From IMG/VR virus record IMGVR_UViG_3300029318_000042, positions 1 to 34,951 of that record: DNA of 34,951 nucleotides; one strand, 5' to 3'. Positions 15,509-23,222 of the stretch are shown in pieces. Every line of letters begins with the position of its first letter. Position 1 is the stretch's first letter. Origin of the DNA: a virus (lineage: Duplodnaviria; Caudoviricetes). The notes under the pieces were generated by a model, which worked only from the letters and a program-made list of their open reading frames with translations, did not search any database and was not told the origin of the DNA. Position numbers and translations under genes: made by a program.

Positions 15509-15551
15509 GAGCGCAGGGTGGAATCGAACCACCCCAAGCACCATGTGCGCT
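15509..15551 (-). ncRNA. tRNA-like element 3 (minimal acceptor + T-arm minihelix)
   Basis: AGCGCA-CATGGTGCTTG-GGGTGG TTCGATT CCACCC-TGCGCT-C. Confidence 0.65.
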
Positions 15552-15561
15552 TGTCTGTGTG

Positions 15562-16185
15562 TCAGAGGCAATCGTCCAAGGACACCTCGTCAGCGGCTTG
15601 GCCGTAGCCGTCCTGCAGAGCGGCCCACCGAACAGCATCTTCCAGCTCCAACCCTGCAGGAACTTCGGAGAAGTCGCACCAGGTTTTGCGGATGACGTGA
15701 GCCTTGGTCGGGTTCTTCACCTCGACCTCGACCTCCTTTCGGCGGTTGGTGGCCTCGTCCCAGACCACATCAACCTTGGGTGCGGTCTTCGCGGCACGCT
15801 TCTGTGTGTTGGCGATGGACTCTCGCTGAGCCTTGGCCTCCAACTTGCCGTTGCTGTCCTTCGGACCTTTGCGGGCCTTCCGCTTGAGCCGCTTTGCGGA
15901 GACCGACTGAGCCTTGGACATCTCAGGCTTGGCAGGAAGCACCAAGACCTTGGTCTTGCCGTGTGTCTGTGACACGGAGTCGTAGACCGCTTGGATGGAG
16001 GCCGCCTTGAGCTTTTCGGCTTTCTTGGCGACCTTCTTCGCCTTACGAGGCTTCTTAGCCTCCCACACAGACAGGGTGCGGCGGTCGGCCTTCTCAGCGG
16101 CCCAAAGAGCCTTGTTAGCGGCCTTACGGCCTTGGAGGGTGATGCAGGACTTCTGCTCTGCAGAAAGGGTGTATGTCATGTTCAT
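15562..16185 (-). CDS. Lys/Ala-rich histone H1-like protein with acidic C-terminus, first gene of the early arm
   Basis: AKKPRKAKKVAKKAEKLKAA; start corrected to MNMTYT downstream of P4. Confidence 0.75.
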   Translation of the reverse strand: MNMTYTLSAEQKSCITLQGRKAANKALWAAEKADRRTLSVWEAKKPRKAKKVAKKAEKLKAASIQAVYDSVSQTHGKTKVLVLPAKPEMSKAQSVSAKRLKRKARKGPKDSNGKLEAKAQRESIANTQKRAAKTAPKVDVVWDEATNRRKEVEVEVKNPTKAHVIRKTWCDFSEVPAGLELEDAVRWAALQDGYGQAADEVSLDDCL

Positions 16186-16228
16186 GACGGGAGAGTGTTT
16201 GAACCTCAAGCGGCGTTGCTGAGGACCA

Positions 16229-16262
16229 CAAAGGTAATGGAAAGCTTTCGATAAATCGCAAA
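16229..16262 (-). promoter_or_regulatory. Early promoter P4
   Basis: TTTG-N22-TACCTTTG. Confidence 0.7.
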
Positions 16263-17010
16263 TTTGGAGGGGGAGAATCTTCTTGCACGATTTCGGCGCC
16301 CGCATTATGCACGTGGAAACAGGCGCTGAAGATTGGCGCTACACGGACGTCATGCATACACACACACAGGAGGCCCTGATTCGACCCTGAGCTGAGAGGG
16401 TGTTTGGAGGGCAAAATGGACAGGTTCAGAAGGCTCCTCGCGAAGCGGAGCTTCCTGCATGGAACGGCATGGTTCCGAGTGTATTATGCCTGCCGAACTG
16501 CAGGGTTCCGTGAAGCTGAGTGTCCAATCGGCTTGGAGGTCAAGGAGGTAAGCAAAGCTTAGGGGGTGTGGTTGTCCCCTCGGAGTCTCTGCGTAAGCAG
16601 AGGGTGAAGCCTCAAGCGGTCCTTGAACCAGACCAGTCTAACAAGCTGAACCAGAGCAGTTTACGGCAGAATGCTGAATGTTTTGCCGACTGTGTGCATT
16701 ATGCGTAGGGTCGGGGTCTGCGGATGCGTTTCGGGTGTACGTGTGCGTGTGTTGCTATATGTGTGAATCCCCAGGATCTGTATTACTCACCCCATTTTTT
16801 AAGCGGGTACTCTGTTCTAACACAACAAATTAGCTTGGATGCGTTAGAATCTGCTTCAAGACTTGCATATGTCAGAAATTACCTGTAACTTCGCCAAGCA
16901 GCTCAGCGCGATGATGGACATCCGAGTTGCGATAAGCTTCCCAAAAGGTTTTTTTAGTTGGACGAAAGTCACGAAGCTGTTTTGCTGTACAGGCGCAAGG
17001 ACTATCTTGT
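16263..17010. other. Large non-coding divergent region (candidate terminus/packaging site or origin)
   Basis: No convincing ORF; gene orientation and composition switch here. Confidence 0.5.
16862..16893 (+). promoter_or_regulatory. Possible rightward promoter
   Basis: CTTG-N20-TAACTTCG (one mismatch per box). Confidence 0.4.
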
Positions 17011-17018
17011 TATATTTG
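17011..17018 (+). promoter_or_regulatory. -7 element TATATTTG, 4 nt before ATG
   Basis: Exact TAnnTTTG. Confidence 0.65.
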
Positions 17019-17022
17019 CGTC

Positions 17023-17223
17023 ATGAGAGCCAAGAAAGGACCCCGTGTGAAGCAGCTCCTCAAGGAGTTGGAGAGCGGGAAGCACAAGAGCAAGGGGATC
17101 GAGCCCCCGAACATGGGAGCTATGAGGGCTCTCCTGGCTGTAGCGAGAAAGAACACTCACAAGCCTCATAAGTATAAGAATCTGGTCAAGCAAAAGGCCA
17201 GGGGGTACGCAGGAAGAAAATGA
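17023..17223 (+). CDS. Small basic hypothetical protein
   Basis: ATGA coupling; follows -7 element. Confidence 0.7.
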   Translation: MRAKKGPRVKQLLKELESGKHKSKGIEPPNMGAMRALLAVARKNTHKPHKYKNLVKQKARGYAGRK

Positions 17224-17852
17224 GAGCTGTCAAAGGCGGTAAAGTAAGTAGCCTGCTAGGTAGGTTGGAGAAGATGCCATCTAATCAAGAGGTGGGGGAC
17301 CGTCTTTTAAGTGAAGCTATGCAGAGGTTTCCTGCCCTGAGAAACCTTGGGGATATCAGCGTTGTCCCAGACAGGGAGTTTACCAGAGATCTGACTGGCA
17401 TAGGGGACATCGAGTACTACGGTCCTGAACAGGGGGCGATCACATACCCTTCTGGCAGCGTGGTAGACAGGCCGTCACCCAAAGGAAGGCACACGGTGCT
17501 GGTAAACCCCGACACTAATGATTCTCAGTCTGTCGCCTTGGACCTGCTTCATGGTATGGCGGACGTTGACCCCACCTTCAGTGCTATGCTGCGGGAGTTT
17601 GGGGACAGCCTGGACGAGGGGGAGATTAAATACTGGTACACCCAAGACAAAAAGGACGGGTATGCTGGTGACGGGTACGATCGGTACCGCCAGAACTACA
17701 TAGACGGTAAGCTTCGCAACCTTTTGTTCGAGGGGAGTGACGAGGACTTCGAAAGGGCACGATACAACCCAAGAGAAAGACAGGATATGCAGGGGTACAA
17801 CCCCAGGGCTTACGAACTATTCCAACTGATAGAAAAATATCTGAAGCAATGA
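17220..17852 (+). CDS. Hypothetical protein (210 aa)
   Basis: Coupled at both ends; N-terminal VKGGKV. Confidence 0.8.
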   Translation: MRAVKGGKVSSLLGRLEKMPSNQEVGDRLLSEAMQRFPALRNLGDISVVPDREFTRDLTGIGDIEYYGPEQGAITYPSGSVVDRPSPKGRHTVLVNPDTNDSQSVALDLLHGMADVDPTFSAMLREFGDSLDEGEIKYWYTQDKKDGYAGDGYDRYRQNYIDGKLRNLLFEGSDEDFERARYNPRERQDMQGYNPRAYELFQLIEKYLKQ

Positions 17853-18073
17853 AAAACACAAGTCCAGGAGGCAGGATTACTGGGGGAAGCCCTCTTATCA
17901 TTCTCGCTCAGAAATTAGCTGAGATGATGAAGGGGAAGGAGGAACCGCTTATCATTCCCAGGGCACCAGAGCCCTCCCCTCATATACCCCCCGCTGACAG
18001 CACAAAGTCAAGCAAGCAAAAAGACGTACTAACTGGTTTGGTTGTTGCCAGACTTTTACAAGGAAGAAGGTAA
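17849..18073 (+). CDS. Hypothetical protein (74 aa)
   Basis: Coupled at both ends. Confidence 0.7.
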   Translation: MKNTSPGGRITGGSPLIILAQKLAEMMKGKEEPLIIPRAPEPSPHIPPADSTKSSKQKDVLTGLVVARLLQGRR

Positions 18074-18651
18074 TGCTAGGGCTAGGAACATCAATAAATA
18101 CGAGCACGGGAAAAACTGGATCTGCTGCAGGTCAGCCTGCTGCAGTAATGAGCTATTACTCAGACTTTACTGCTGATGCTGACGGCTTTGACTCAGATGG
18201 TAGTTATGGTAGTACAGAGCCTACAATTAACTTCAACGTAGACAATATTGGAGGAAAAGATGACTGCCTAAGCATGACACTGACGAGCGAACCTGCTGGC
18301 ACGTTTTATTTAGAAAGGGACGGCACCGCTGATGCAGCGGGCTGGAAGATTGGTGACTCTGTTTCTGTAGAATTTGAGGTTAGGTTTGCAGACGTGGCAC
18401 CCGTTAATTCAAACGACTTTACGTTTCAGGTCAGGCTTGGAGGTTTTCACTCTTCCAGAAGGCAAGGTATTAGCGGAACGGCAGACGACACATGGAGAAC
18501 CGTTACTCATACGTTCGATGATATAACTCAAAACAGCGGGACGTCAAATGCAAATCGTTCGTTCTCTCTTGCATTCAACTCTGCTGGAAGTAGACCAGCA
18601 AACGGAGACATTATTTACATAAGAAACGTATCTGTAATACAAAGTCGATAA
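18073..18651 (+). CDS. Putative virion protein with beta-sandwich/carbohydrate-binding-like domain
   Basis: MLGLG N-terminus; S/T/G/D-rich; W.TVTHTF and IYIRNVSV CBM-like strands. Confidence 0.55.
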   Translation: MLGLGTSINTSTGKTGSAAGQPAAVMSYYSDFTADADGFDSDGSYGSTEPTINFNVDNIGGKDDCLSMTLTSEPAGTFYLERDGTADAAGWKIGDSVSVEFEVRFADVAPVNSNDFTFQVRLGGFHSSRRQGISGTADDTWRTVTHTFDDITQNSGTSNANRSFSLAFNSAGSRPANGDIIYIRNVSVIQSR

Positions 18652-18655
18652 TAGC

Positions 18656-18663
18656 TATATTTG
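18656..18663 (+). promoter_or_regulatory. -7 element TATATTTG, 4 nt before ATG
   Basis: Exact TAnnTTTG. Confidence 0.65.
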
Positions 18664-18667
18664 CTAT

Positions 18668-18934
18668 ATGGATACTACCCTTATTGATACCATCCCCGCC
18701 GTGATCGATACCGTCACCGCCGTGGTGGCAGACCCAGAAGTGGTCATGGACGCTGTCGAGGAAGGCAGCGCCGTTTGGAGCTTTATCGTCACGAATATTG
18801 GTGAGCTGGCTATCGGTTTGCTCGCATTCATTAAAATCATCGTGAACATCACCCCTACGGAAGACGACAACAAGGTCTTCGGTTGGTTGGACGCACTCAT
18901 TAACATGATCATTTCTGATCGCAAAAAGGCCTAA
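18668..18934 (+). CDS. Holin-like membrane protein
   Basis: Hydrophobic helix followed by TPTEDD and basic C-end; endolysin 1.5 kb downstream. Confidence 0.5.
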   Translation: MDTTLIDTIPAVIDTVTAVVADPEVVMDAVEEGSAVWSFIVTNIGELAIGLLAFIKIIVNITPTEDDNKVFGWLDALINMIISDRKKA

Positions 18935-18936
18935 TC

Positions 18937-19458
18937 ATGCCAGGAAAGCACTACAAATTGGGCGGCGCTATCAAAAGACGCGCTGAACAAATGAGAAACA
19001 ACCCCGCTAACCCAACGTCTAAGAGGATGAAGACGAAGGACGCAAGCGGTAAGACTAAGACTGGGGGTATTCTCGGACAGAATAAAGAGAAAAGCTTTGT
19101 GTCGAACGCTTTTGGGGAAGGAAAGTCTGGAACGGCTAAAACGAAAAAGAGATTCGGTCGCACGGTCGAAACCACCAGGACAGCCTCTGGAAAATCAAAA
19201 ACCGTAACGAAAAAGAGCGGAGAGGTTGCCAAGGAAAAAAGAAAAGGGGCCGCTAAAATGGGAATGGGCGGTAAGGTGAAAGCCGTAAAGAGCTACAAGA
19301 AAGGCGGTAAGGTTGTCTCTCAAGGCGCAGACAAAAAGGACGTCCGAAGAGAGAAAAAGCAAGACAGAGTAGCAGCTAGAGCTGCCGCCAAGGCCAAGCG
19401 TGTCGGAGACCGCAACTTCAAGCGTGACGTGAAGTCTGGAAAACTGAAAAAGGCATGA
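18937..19458 (+). CDS. Highly basic GG-motif protein (candidate internal virion/DNA-condensing protein)
   Basis: K/R-rich; YKLGG, MGMGGK, YKKGGK. Confidence 0.65.
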   Translation: MPGKHYKLGGAIKRRAEQMRNNPANPTSKRMKTKDASGKTKTGGILGQNKEKSFVSNAFGEGKSGTAKTKKRFGRTVETTRTASGKSKTVTKKSGEVAKEKRKGAAKMGMGGKVKAVKSYKKGGKVVSQGADKKDVRREKKQDRVAARAAAKAKRVGDRNFKRDVKSGKLKKA

Positions 19459-19739
19459 GACCAGTAAAAAAGAACAAGTCCAACGAGAAGTCCAAGGAAA
19501 GGACGATTGGAAACCGAACCGTTATCAAGACCAAGAACAATGAGGACGGCGTTCGTTCCACTCGTAAGACCGTGTATGGGGGAAACCAAGCGTCTAGGCT
19601 GGTAACCAAAGAAAAGCAGCGCACGAACCGCAAAGGAAAGAAGGCTGGTATGCTCAACTTCAAAGACAAGGCTGTCGAGCGCAGGGACTTTAGCGTTCGC
19701 CGAAAAACAAAAGGTATTGACCCAAGAGCAGGATCCTAA
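19455..19739 (+). CDS. Highly basic hypothetical protein (94 aa)
   Basis: Coupled at both ends. Confidence 0.75.
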   Translation: MRPVKKNKSNEKSKERTIGNRTVIKTKNNEDGVRSTRKTVYGGNQASRLVTKEKQRTNRKGKKAGMLNFKDKAVERRDFSVRRKTKGIDPRAGS

Positions 19740-20368
19740 TGATGCAGAATAGTACCATGTCTGACATGATCAGACAAATGATGGAGCAGAAGCAGGGCGG
19801 CCAGGGAGCTCGTCGCGACAAAGACATGCCCAAAGAAATGATGATGGGGCAGGACGCTTCTACCGTAAGGCAGGAGCAAGCCCCTGACGGAAGCATGCGG
19901 GAGTTCGTGTGGTACACCCCAGAGGGTGACGGACCTATGTATGACGCCCCCGACTCTGAATGGGAGGGCCAGCCTGGTGCTATCAAGATCTACGGGAACT
20001 GGAACGAGTATGCCCAGGGTCAAGATGCAGACGGGACCATGTTCCTTCCTGACGATCAGTTCCCCTATAGACAGGGTGAGAACGGGGAGTTCATGCTTGA
20101 CGAATCCGTGAAAGAAGGGTCTATGCAGAGCCCTCAGTTTGAGGAGACCATGCGCGGAAGAGAAGAGGGTGCTGAGATGGGGAAAGACCTCGGTGGTCCT
20201 GGAGCGTCCCCGATGGAAGACCTCATGCAGAAGCTTGCTGACAGGAGCAGGAAGATGGGGATGGGAGGTAAGATATACCGAAAGGGAGGCAAGTTCCCAG
20301 ACCTGACTGGAGACGGAAAGGTTACCTTTGCAGATATTCTCAAGGGTCGCGGCGTTCGTCGTAGATAA
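19739..20368 (+). CDS. Met/acidic-rich protein with GG motifs and C-terminal EF-hand/dockerin-like loop
   Basis: MGMGGKIYRKGGKFPDLTGDGKVTFADILKGRG. Confidence 0.75.
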   Translation: MMQNSTMSDMIRQMMEQKQGGQGARRDKDMPKEMMMGQDASTVRQEQAPDGSMREFVWYTPEGDGPMYDAPDSEWEGQPGAIKIYGNWNEYAQGQDADGTMFLPDDQFPYRQGENGEFMLDESVKEGSMQSPQFEETMRGREEGAEMGKDLGGPGASPMEDLMQKLADRSRKMGMGGKIYRKGGKFPDLTGDGKVTFADILKGRGVRRR

Positions 20369-20428
20369 TGGGGAGTAAGGGTTACTTTAACCCACGAATG
20401 AAATTAAAAGACTTCAATAAGAAGAGGA

Positions 20429-20890
20429 ATGAAACTGTCCCAAAATCTCAGCCTAAAGGAATGCACAAAAAGCATAACAGCCTCCCGAAAGGGAATCGAC
20501 AACACCCCTGGGGAAAAGGAAATAGCGAACCTCAAGCAGATAGCTGAAAATGTCTTTCAACCTATCAGAGATCACTTTGGCGTCCCGATCTACATCTCTT
20601 CGGGGTATAGATCGAAAAAGCTCAATACCGCCATCGGTGGTAGTCGCACTTCTCAGCATTGTCAAGGCCGTGCTCTTGACCTGGATGCTGATGTCTTCGG
20701 CAGGGTAACCAATGCGGAGATATTTCACTACATCAAAGACTGCTTGGACTTTGATCAGCTTATATGGGAACTCGGTGATGACTCCAACCCCGCATGGGTT
20801 CATGTCAGTTACAACTCCCCCACTGAAAATAGAGGGAGGGTATTGAGGGCCACAAGAAGGTCTCACACAACTGTATACTCACCTTGGTAA
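20429..20890 (+). CDS. Peptidase M15A-family endolysin
   Basis: SSGYRS...SQH..GRALD...WVHVSY zinc-peptidase motifs. Confidence 0.9.
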   Translation: MKLSQNLSLKECTKSITASRKGIDNTPGEKEIANLKQIAENVFQPIRDHFGVPIYISSGYRSKKLNTAIGGSRTSQHCQGRALDLDADVFGRVTNAEIFHYIKDCLDFDQLIWELGDDSNPAWVHVSYNSPTENRGRVLRATRRSHTTVYSPW

Positions 20891-21717
20891 TGGAGAAGAT
20901 CAATAGGTCTGTATGCTTCTTTATGTTGTATCACAAACGTCCTCAAGTAACGAGGATGTCTATGTGGCACATGGCTAAAGTGATTAAGATGTTCAATGAG
21001 GCTGGGCATAAGGCTCAAGGCTTTGTCGTGGGCTGCGCTTCCTGTGAACCGAAGCAAAAGGAGTATGCTGAGAAGCTAGGGTTGGGTCACGTAGACATAC
21101 CCAATAAACCGCTGTCAAGAAAGTTCTCTCATGCATATCAGCATGCTCTTCTAAAAGAGACGGACTACATATGCAAGGTAGACAGCAACAACTTTAATTC
21201 AGAAAGCTACTGGAATAAGTGCATTGATGTTATGCATGGACCGAAAGAAGCTTCTTTTGGAACCAATAGATTTTGCGTAATGTCTTCAAACCCTGAAGAT
21301 CAAAAAACCTGCGTGTTTAAGACTAGACAGAAAATACATCTGTGCAACTCTGGTCAATTCTATCTTAACTACTCGCTATCTCAAAGTGTAAATTTTAGGT
21401 CCGTATACCATCATGATCAAAAATTCAATTTTGACGGAAAAGTCAATGAAGCAATGACGTCGAGGTGGAATGAAAGCATAATTAAAGCCATAAGCTCAGA
21501 AGAGAACGACTGTTTCGACGTGAAAGACGGTACGGACATTCACTCGTATGAGTCGTATATAAACAAAAGAGATAAAATATACCCAGCATACAAAGACAGA
21601 AGTGAGCTCGTTGAAGAGTACGAAGAGCTAAAGCTTCTTGATTTAGGTTACTTCAATCCAAGCTGCGATAAAATCGTTGAACCAGGAGCCGACCTTTCTG
21701 AGTTAGAGCGTATCTAA
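20884..21717 (+). CDS. Putative GT-A (GT2-like) glycosyltransferase
   Basis: N.PLSRKFS.A...DYICKVDSNNF (degenerate DxD); AT-richer than flanks. Confidence 0.5.
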   Translation: MVMEKINRSVCFFMLYHKRPQVTRMSMWHMAKVIKMFNEAGHKAQGFVVGCASCEPKQKEYAEKLGLGHVDIPNKPLSRKFSHAYQHALLKETDYICKVDSNNFNSESYWNKCIDVMHGPKEASFGTNRFCVMSSNPEDQKTCVFKTRQKIHLCNSGQFYLNYSLSQSVNFRSVYHHDQKFNFDGKVNEAMTSRWNESIIKAISSEENDCFDVKDGTDIHSYESYINKRDKIYPAYKDRSELVEEYEELKLLDLGYFNPSCDKIVEPGADLSELERI

Positions 21718-22072
21718 CCCTGTAATTATACTTCGTCTCCTCTCTGAACAAGTGGTCGTCCATCTCCTGAGAGGGAGTGAGCTTGTCAAAGTGCTTGTAC
21801 AGCAATCCATCGTTGACCAACGGATATATGACTCTGTTGGCTAGGTTGTCGTGATTCATCCCGTACTCTTGAGACGCATACGAGATGGTAAAAAACTCAA
21901 GGTCGTATGTCCAAATCAAAAACTCAAGGTGACTCCATGATATGTCGTTGTTGTCGCAAAAAGACAGGCGCACTGAGTGCAGGTTCTTCAGCTGGTTGTT
22001 TGCTACGTACCCCTCTTTCAGAAACGAGAAGTCCCTAAACATACGTTTTTTGGAGACTCTTGATCTAGGCAT
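21653..22072 (-). CDS. Winged-helix (MarR-like) DNA-binding protein
   Basis: LEFLIW...IYPLVNDGLLYK...YALTQKGRLLV; only minus-strand gene in the late arm. Confidence 0.7.
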   Translation of the reverse strand: MPRSRVSKKRMFRDFSFLKEGYVANNQLKNLHSVRLSFCDNNDISWSHLEFLIWTYDLEFFTISYASQEYGMNHDNLANRVIYPLVNDGLLYKHFDKLTPSQEMDDHLFREETKYNYRVRYALTQKGRLLVQRFYRSLD

Positions 22073-22079
22073 TTATCTC

Positions 22080-22087
22080 TATCTTTG
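22080..22087 (+). promoter_or_regulatory. -7 element TATCTTTG, 4 nt before ATG
   Basis: Exact TAnnTTTG. Confidence 0.65.
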
Positions 22088-22091
22088 ATGT

Positions 22092-22397
22092 ATGACCTCC
22101 AAGGACAAGGAATTCATTTCAGAGGCTTACTCTTTGATCATTCAAATTGAAGAGCTAATCAGAAAGTATCACTACGAAGATAGGGTGATGTCAGCTCTTA
22201 TGCTAGGACTCATCGATCTTGAGCTTGACAAGGATTATCAAGAGGGTGATGAAGTGCAGCTTAAAAGCGTGTTTAGTTACAACCTGGACAGCAAGCTGGA
22301 GCTGGAGATGGTGAAAGACATCATGGATCAGCAATTCCAAGATCCAGACGACGATCTGGACGCCTTACTCGGCGACCTTGGAATATCCCTGAACTAA
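22092..22397 (+). CDS. Acidic hypothetical protein (101 aa)
   Basis: TAATG coupling. Confidence 0.8.
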   Translation: MTSKDKEFISEAYSLIIQIEELIRKYHYEDRVMSALMLGLIDLELDKDYQEGDEVQLKSVFSYNLDSKLELEMVKDIMDQQFQDPDDDLDALLGDLGISLN

Positions 22398-22633
22398 TGA
22401 ACGGATTGATAAGAAAGATCGTTATCGGGAAAGACCCGAAGAACGGCATGGCTTATTTTGTCGGCATGAGGGCTGGCGACAAAAATGTGTCAGCCATTAT
22501 CCCTGACAACGAGCATCTCCACAAGTACGGCAAAAGCAGATACCTAGTGTACATAGGAGATGAAGAGGGCATTGTGCTGTGGAAGGCGATTGATGAGATG
22601 CCATGTATACTTGAGTTTGATCTAGACTTCTAA
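22397..22633 (+). CDS. Hypothetical protein (78 aa)
   Basis: LIRKIVIGKDPKNGMAYFVG; coupled. Confidence 0.8.
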   Translation: MNGLIRKIVIGKDPKNGMAYFVGMRAGDKNVSAIIPDNEHLHKYGKSRYLVYIGDEEGIVLWKAIDEMPCILEFDLDF

Positions 22634-22637
22634 TATA

Positions 22638-23222
22638 ATGAAATCACCCCTAAACTTTATCGTAAAAATAGACAGCACCACCAACGACAAAATGAAGACC
22701 GACAGCGGTCTGGAGCTGTACATAGACACCAAGTTCAATGAGTTTGATCACAGAACTACAGAAGGCGAAGTCCTGGCTGTCCCAGAAAAAATGGACACTC
22801 CTGTTGAGGTTGGAGATACACTATATTTTCATCATCATGTGGTGCTCAACGGTGGGATGCCGATTAGCGAACTGGACAAGTGGTACATGGTTATCTATAA
22901 CCCGTACAGTGCTGCACATAACCAAGCGATCGCATACAAGAGCAAGAAAACAGGGGAGGTCAACGCGATTAAGGGTTGGTGTCTACTGGAGCCTGATCAA
23001 GAAGATCGCGAAGGACCTGTTGAGTCTGAGATCGAAGTCGTAAAACTGAAAGAAACTCCAGTAACTACAGGTGTGGTATCCTTTCCATCCAAAGAGCTTC
23101 ATGACCTCGGAGTCTCCGATGGCGATGTGGTTGGCTTCAAAAAGAACAGAGACTATAGAATTAAGATCGAGGGCAAAGAATACTACAGAGTCGCGATCAC
23201 AGAACTCCTATATAGACTTTAA
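22638..23222 (+). CDS. Tandem GroES/Cpn10-like co-chaperonin
   Basis: Domain 1 KTDSGLEL...GEVLAVP...VEVGDTLYF; domain 2 GVV...GVSDGDVVGF...IKIEGKEYY. Confidence 0.75.
   Translation: MKSPLNFIVKIDSTTNDKMKTDSGLELYIDTKFNEFDHRTTEGEVLAVPEKMDTPVEVGDTLYFHHHVVLNGGMPISELDKWYMVIYNPYSAAHNQAIAYKSKKTGEVNAIKGWCLLEPDQEDREGPVESEIEVVKLKETPVTTGVVSFPSKELHDLGVSDGDVVGFKKNRDYRIKIEGKEYYRVAITELLYRL

Noticed and set aside
3029-15972. Numerous 60-210-aa plus-strand ORFs over the minus-strand arm
   Set aside because: Antisense shadows caused by GC3-rich codon bias; the opposite strand has coupled genes with leaders
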